In this document: in pieces, positions 63,021-64,000 of the stretch
Numbering within the stretch: the stretch's first letter is position 1
Layout: the number at the start of each line of letters is the position of its first letter
DNA from: Pocillopora damicornis
Lineage: Eukaryota
Direction: 5' to 3'
Assembly: GCF_003704095.1 (NCBI RefSeq)
Contig: NW_020844097.1
Location: 1 to 64,000 of the forward strand
Length of the DNA stretch: 64,000 nt
The notes under the pieces: model-generated
What the model was told of the DNA's origin: nothing
The model's input: only the letters and a program-made list of their open reading frames with translations
Databases searched by the model: none
Made by a program: the position numbers and the translations under genes

Positions 63021-64000
63021 CTGAAACCGGATGATTTTTGTCTCCACAATTAAAAGGTATGCATTGAAACTACTACTTGCCGCGTTTTTAATTCAGAAGA
63101 GAAACTAGTTCCCACTCAACGATTGTCCTGAACTCAAGGTGTAGTTCATATCGCTGGCAGCGCCCATGGGTAGTATGAAGCAAATCCTGTGTTCTGATTG
63201 GCCACGCATCGGCTTGGATCCTGCGCAAAGAAAAAAGTGCTTGGAGCGGACATGAGAGGACGTAGGTTTTAGACATGAAGTCCCAAAAGGCGGTAGAGGA
63301 CAGTGAAGACAAAGAAAACAAGCTACTCTCGTGGGTTTACTGTGCCAAAAACATAGTTGGCTTTCTTTCCCGGCGTTCGAAATAAACGTTTCATTCTTGA
63401 TTACTATTAACGCAAAATCTTTTTGCGTTGACTAATCGAAATGTGTATCAAAATCCTTTTTTGACCAAGCCCGTCGGGTCAAGATGGTTGAATATTAGCC
63501 TCATCCTTTTTAGGCATCTACATGCATCAGTGCGCATAAAAGAGACTCGCTTGCTCAATTACGCATATACCGTGCGCGGTCTCACCGGTTCAAACTGCGT
63601 GCTTTTTCAAAGGACAGAAGCAAGGTAAGTTGCAGTAGGCTGACATTCTGACTTTTTTCCCAGACTCTGGATCTGACTCAAATTATACATTTATTATGGA
63701 TCAGACTGACACACGGAACGAACATTTGTTAGTACGGAGGCTACTAATAATGACAAGAGTAGCGATAACTCTCTTGAAGCTGACACCCCCGTGGGTAAGA
63801 TGAGGGAATCATGTGTTCTGATTGGCTAATAAGTAAGTCCGTCTTGCGTGCTTTGAACCCGTAGAAGAAAAAAATGCGTGGAACGGCGCAGAATTTTCGC
63901 GATTTTTGGACAGTGTCGACGATGGAGTCGCAAATTGTGGCAGAAGATGTCCATCTTAATTAAGTGAAAAAGAAATGTATAAAATGTATAGAAGCGAGAG

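Overview
Eukaryotic (animal) genomic DNA, AT-rich, with GT-AG introns and about 8 assembly gaps. The repeat inventory resembles an anthozoan cnidarian, probably a stony coral (inference). I reconstructed five apparently intact genes by hand: (1) a 9-exon, 503-aa ion channel that fuses a GluR0/iGluR-type split ligand-binding domain (S1/S2) to a pore with a complete K+ selectivity filter, TTVGYGD (19704-32820, +); (2) NUDCD3 (35866-43776, +); (3) an intronless PGRMC/MAPR-family cytochrome-b5-like gene with Phe at the canonical heme-ligating Tyr (45684-46376, -); (4) SLC25A17/PMP34 (48800-56613, -), head-to-head with (5) WBP2 (56866-61832, +). Two decayed multi-exon pseudogenes lie on the minus strand (<101-13366 and 43819-45547). 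Introns and intergenic DNA are full of nested mobile elements: L1/Tx1, CR1/L2, Penelope-like elements with hammerhead-like ends, Harbinger-group, Mutator-, piggyBac- and hAT-like MITEs, and SINEs. The most interesting item is the intron-containing GluR0-like K+-filter channel, which appears to lack the amino-acid-binding Arg. An orphan copy of its upstream region lies downstream and suggests a lost tandem paralog. All assignments come from reading the sequence and from recalled family motifs; no searches were run.
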